In this document: positions 61,471 to 64,000 of the stretch, piece after piece
How positions within the stretch are numbered: the first letter of the stretch is position 1
Layout of the letters: each line of letters opens with the position of its first letter
NCBI GenBank assembly: GCA_037379345.1
Contig: CM074517.1
Span: 18,352,001-18,416,000 of the forward strand
DNA from: Perna viridis
Lineage: Eukaryota
Reading direction: 5' to 3'
DNA length: 64,000 bases
Program-made: the position numbers and the translations under genes
The notes under the pieces: generated by a model
The model's database searches: none
Seen by the model: the letters and a program-made list of their open reading frames with translations, nothing else
Told to the model about the DNA's origin: nothing

Positions 61471-64000
61471 TAGTTGTTCCTTTTTAATTTGTTGATGTGT
61501 GTTTCTTTGTTTCCGTTGCAAATAATCAACAACAGAAGAAACAAATCTAAAGAAAACATTTTATTTACATTATACATATATTTTTGCGTAAAAATAATCT
61601 TACAAAGGTGCCATGTTATCCTTAGATACAATTTGTTAGACACATGTTTATTGGTAGAAGAGTCCTGAGGTTAACCCTTAAGTAATTACTTCCAAGGATA
61701 TTCCATCTCTACAAAATATTTGTACAAGAAAAACGTAAGCTGAATGTGTCGCTTCGGTGACACCTTATAATGGAATATTCATAAGTATTTAGCAAACAGA
61801 ACCAAAGATTAATAATTATTGCTCTTGTGAGACATTTCAGCCATCACGTTACTAATGGTCATTTGTATGGAAATATTTCAATCATGTCATGACCATTAAA
61901 TTATGCCATAATGTTTCTTGTTTATCGCCAATTAAGCGATTGTGAAGCTCATTAAAAGCTAATTGTTCTGTTGAACTTTACATGTCCTTTGCATTGAAAA
62001 ACAAGTTCGCCTGACGCGTCATAACGCCGAAAAGGTAATATCAAGGCCAAACAGCAACGTGTATAATTTACATGTAGTGTTGATTTTTGCCTGCTGATCA
62101 CTTGTCCCATTGATTTTTACGTGAGTTGTAACAAAGATTTTGATTTGATTATATTCACTTTACAGTAATGAAATATTATCATCGTTAGACGTGTAACATT
62201 ATTCAATACGAAAGAAAAAAACCTAGAAGTTCAAGTTTCAAGTTTGAAATAAATAAAGTAACTTAGTATGGCAAGAAAACTTCTATTGCTTATATTGACG
62301 CTTCGAATTCACATTGAAAAAAGCAACTCAATAAATTGAAATAATATTTTTAAATACCAAAAAGTATTTGGATCCGCTTAGGACCGAGACAGAAACAACA
62401 TAAAGATACAAAAGCAGTTTCAAAACAACAAATTAAAAGAAACTTCATTCTTTTGTTTCTTCTCCTTTAGATGAATACAAGTATTCAAGCGATAAAACAC
62501 TTGATTTGAAAGAGATCTCAGCAGTGTGTGACACCATTGTCTTCCAATATAGTGTAATCATAAAGGGCGTTGCTTCATTTTTTTATTATGAATTTTAGTA
62601 TTGATGTATTCGAATAAACAATTTCATCAATATAAGTTTAAAAATAACAGTTCCCGATGCCTACGCTGAAATAACAGTCACTCAAAATGATTAAAAAAAT
62701 ACAAGAAAGTAGCTCATAGCAATAATAAACTTTGACATTTTCCCATGTTTAATTTACATTCTTAAATAATTCTCTTCCCTTTGATACTTTTTGTGATTTG
62801 TTAGACACCAACAATATCGAAATTCATTGATAGAAAGTGTTGTTCACTTTGTGGACCAATTCTATACTTAAATTGCGTCAAACAATAAAAATGTGTCAAT
62901 AAACATTTTAAACAACCGTTGAATAATTTGGACAAGAGTTCTGAATTTTCAAAAACACGGCAAACAGAGAAGTATGAATTCATTTTAGCTTGCTATAAAG
63001 TAGAAAATAGATATATATATACATGTAGACCAAAATATTTTCATGAATGATTGTAATTGTTTATATTCTCATGAAATTAAATGAATAATATATTTTACGG
63101 TCTAGATCTTGGACTAGTACTCTCCGCTGTCAAACTGTTCACTAAACCTTTTGACATCCACATGTTACGTTAAAAAAAACAACCGAATATTTATTATGCT
63201 CCTATTTCATTCAACTTGAAATTTTTACTTCCTCTCGATTTCTATTGCGAGAATTTTAAACTTTCCCCCTTCGAACATCATTCATGTTGTTATCAAATCA
63301 ATTTGAAGATTTCGTGTAGGTTTTTATATTGCATGGAATAGTCATGGTTTCTTTTGAGTAGAACTCACTTTCTCGTTAGATTTCAATTTAGTTGATGAAA
63401 TTTTCGGTATTACGTCGTATAGAACGTCCTAAGAAACTAATAAAGCATCAAATGCTTATCGTGAAATTTGAAGACCACAAATAGATTTAATGCTAACCTG
63501 AAACAAGGTATATAAACTTAATCTACGATTAGAAAGTGGAAAATGTCATTGATCTTATATTACGATTCTGCTACCAAACGCAGTTTGTTGCATTAGGTTT
63601 TTTGTATAATAAATGCGAGAAGTTTTATCCGAGTAGTATTTTAAAATACATTATAAAAAGTTATATTTCCCGGTATTCATTCAAATTCAGATTTTTAATT
63701 AAAAGAATTAAAAGAAAATGTTTCTAATGTGTATGTTTGTTTGTACTTATTGATGTGTTTATTTGCTCAATTCAGGTGAAAAACGATAGACAATTTACGA
63801 TGTGAGATTTACGTTGCGAATTTGCTATAATTTTTTTTATATTCAGTAGAATTAATACTTAATTGACATATGAGTTATTGGAAATTTGGCAAGTCATGAA
63901 AGGGTACCCCGAAAAAAGTATTTGCATTTGGGAATTCGAAATGATATCAAACTCAGAACACAATTTGCTTACTGAAAAATGCTGAAATAGTAATAATTTT

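Noticed and set aside
61300-64000. Short ORFs at the right end
   Set aside because: No recognisable domains or phase-consistent exon chain were found.

Overview
AT-rich, intron-rich eukaryotic genomic DNA. The repeat families and gene content suggest a bivalve mollusc (inference; the species cannot be determined). Four spliced genes were rebuilt by hand with phase-consistent GT-AG junctions. (1) TTC16, minus strand, 11 coding exons, 832 aa. (2) A head-to-head partner on the plus strand, 15 coding exons, about 991 aa, mostly low-complexity, with nine RPx(S/T) motifs and no family I recognise. (3) A secreted perlucin-like C-type lectin, minus strand. (4) A secreted double-WAP-domain protein, minus strand. 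The right half is rich in transposable elements: a full-length but frameshifted RTE-clade LINE with an 11-bp target-site duplication (TSD), about ten fragments of a Penelope-like (probably Naiad-type) retroelement, several SINEs, an I-group LINE tail, MITEs and minisatellites. The most interesting signals are structured RNAs in retroelements. An HDV-like ribozyme has its predicted cleavage site exactly at the first base of the RTE. The 3' UTR of the Penelope-like family holds a multi-stem fold with compensatory substitutions between copies. A SINE begins with a pseudoknot-like head instead of a tRNA head. All folds and alignments were done by eye, not computed.
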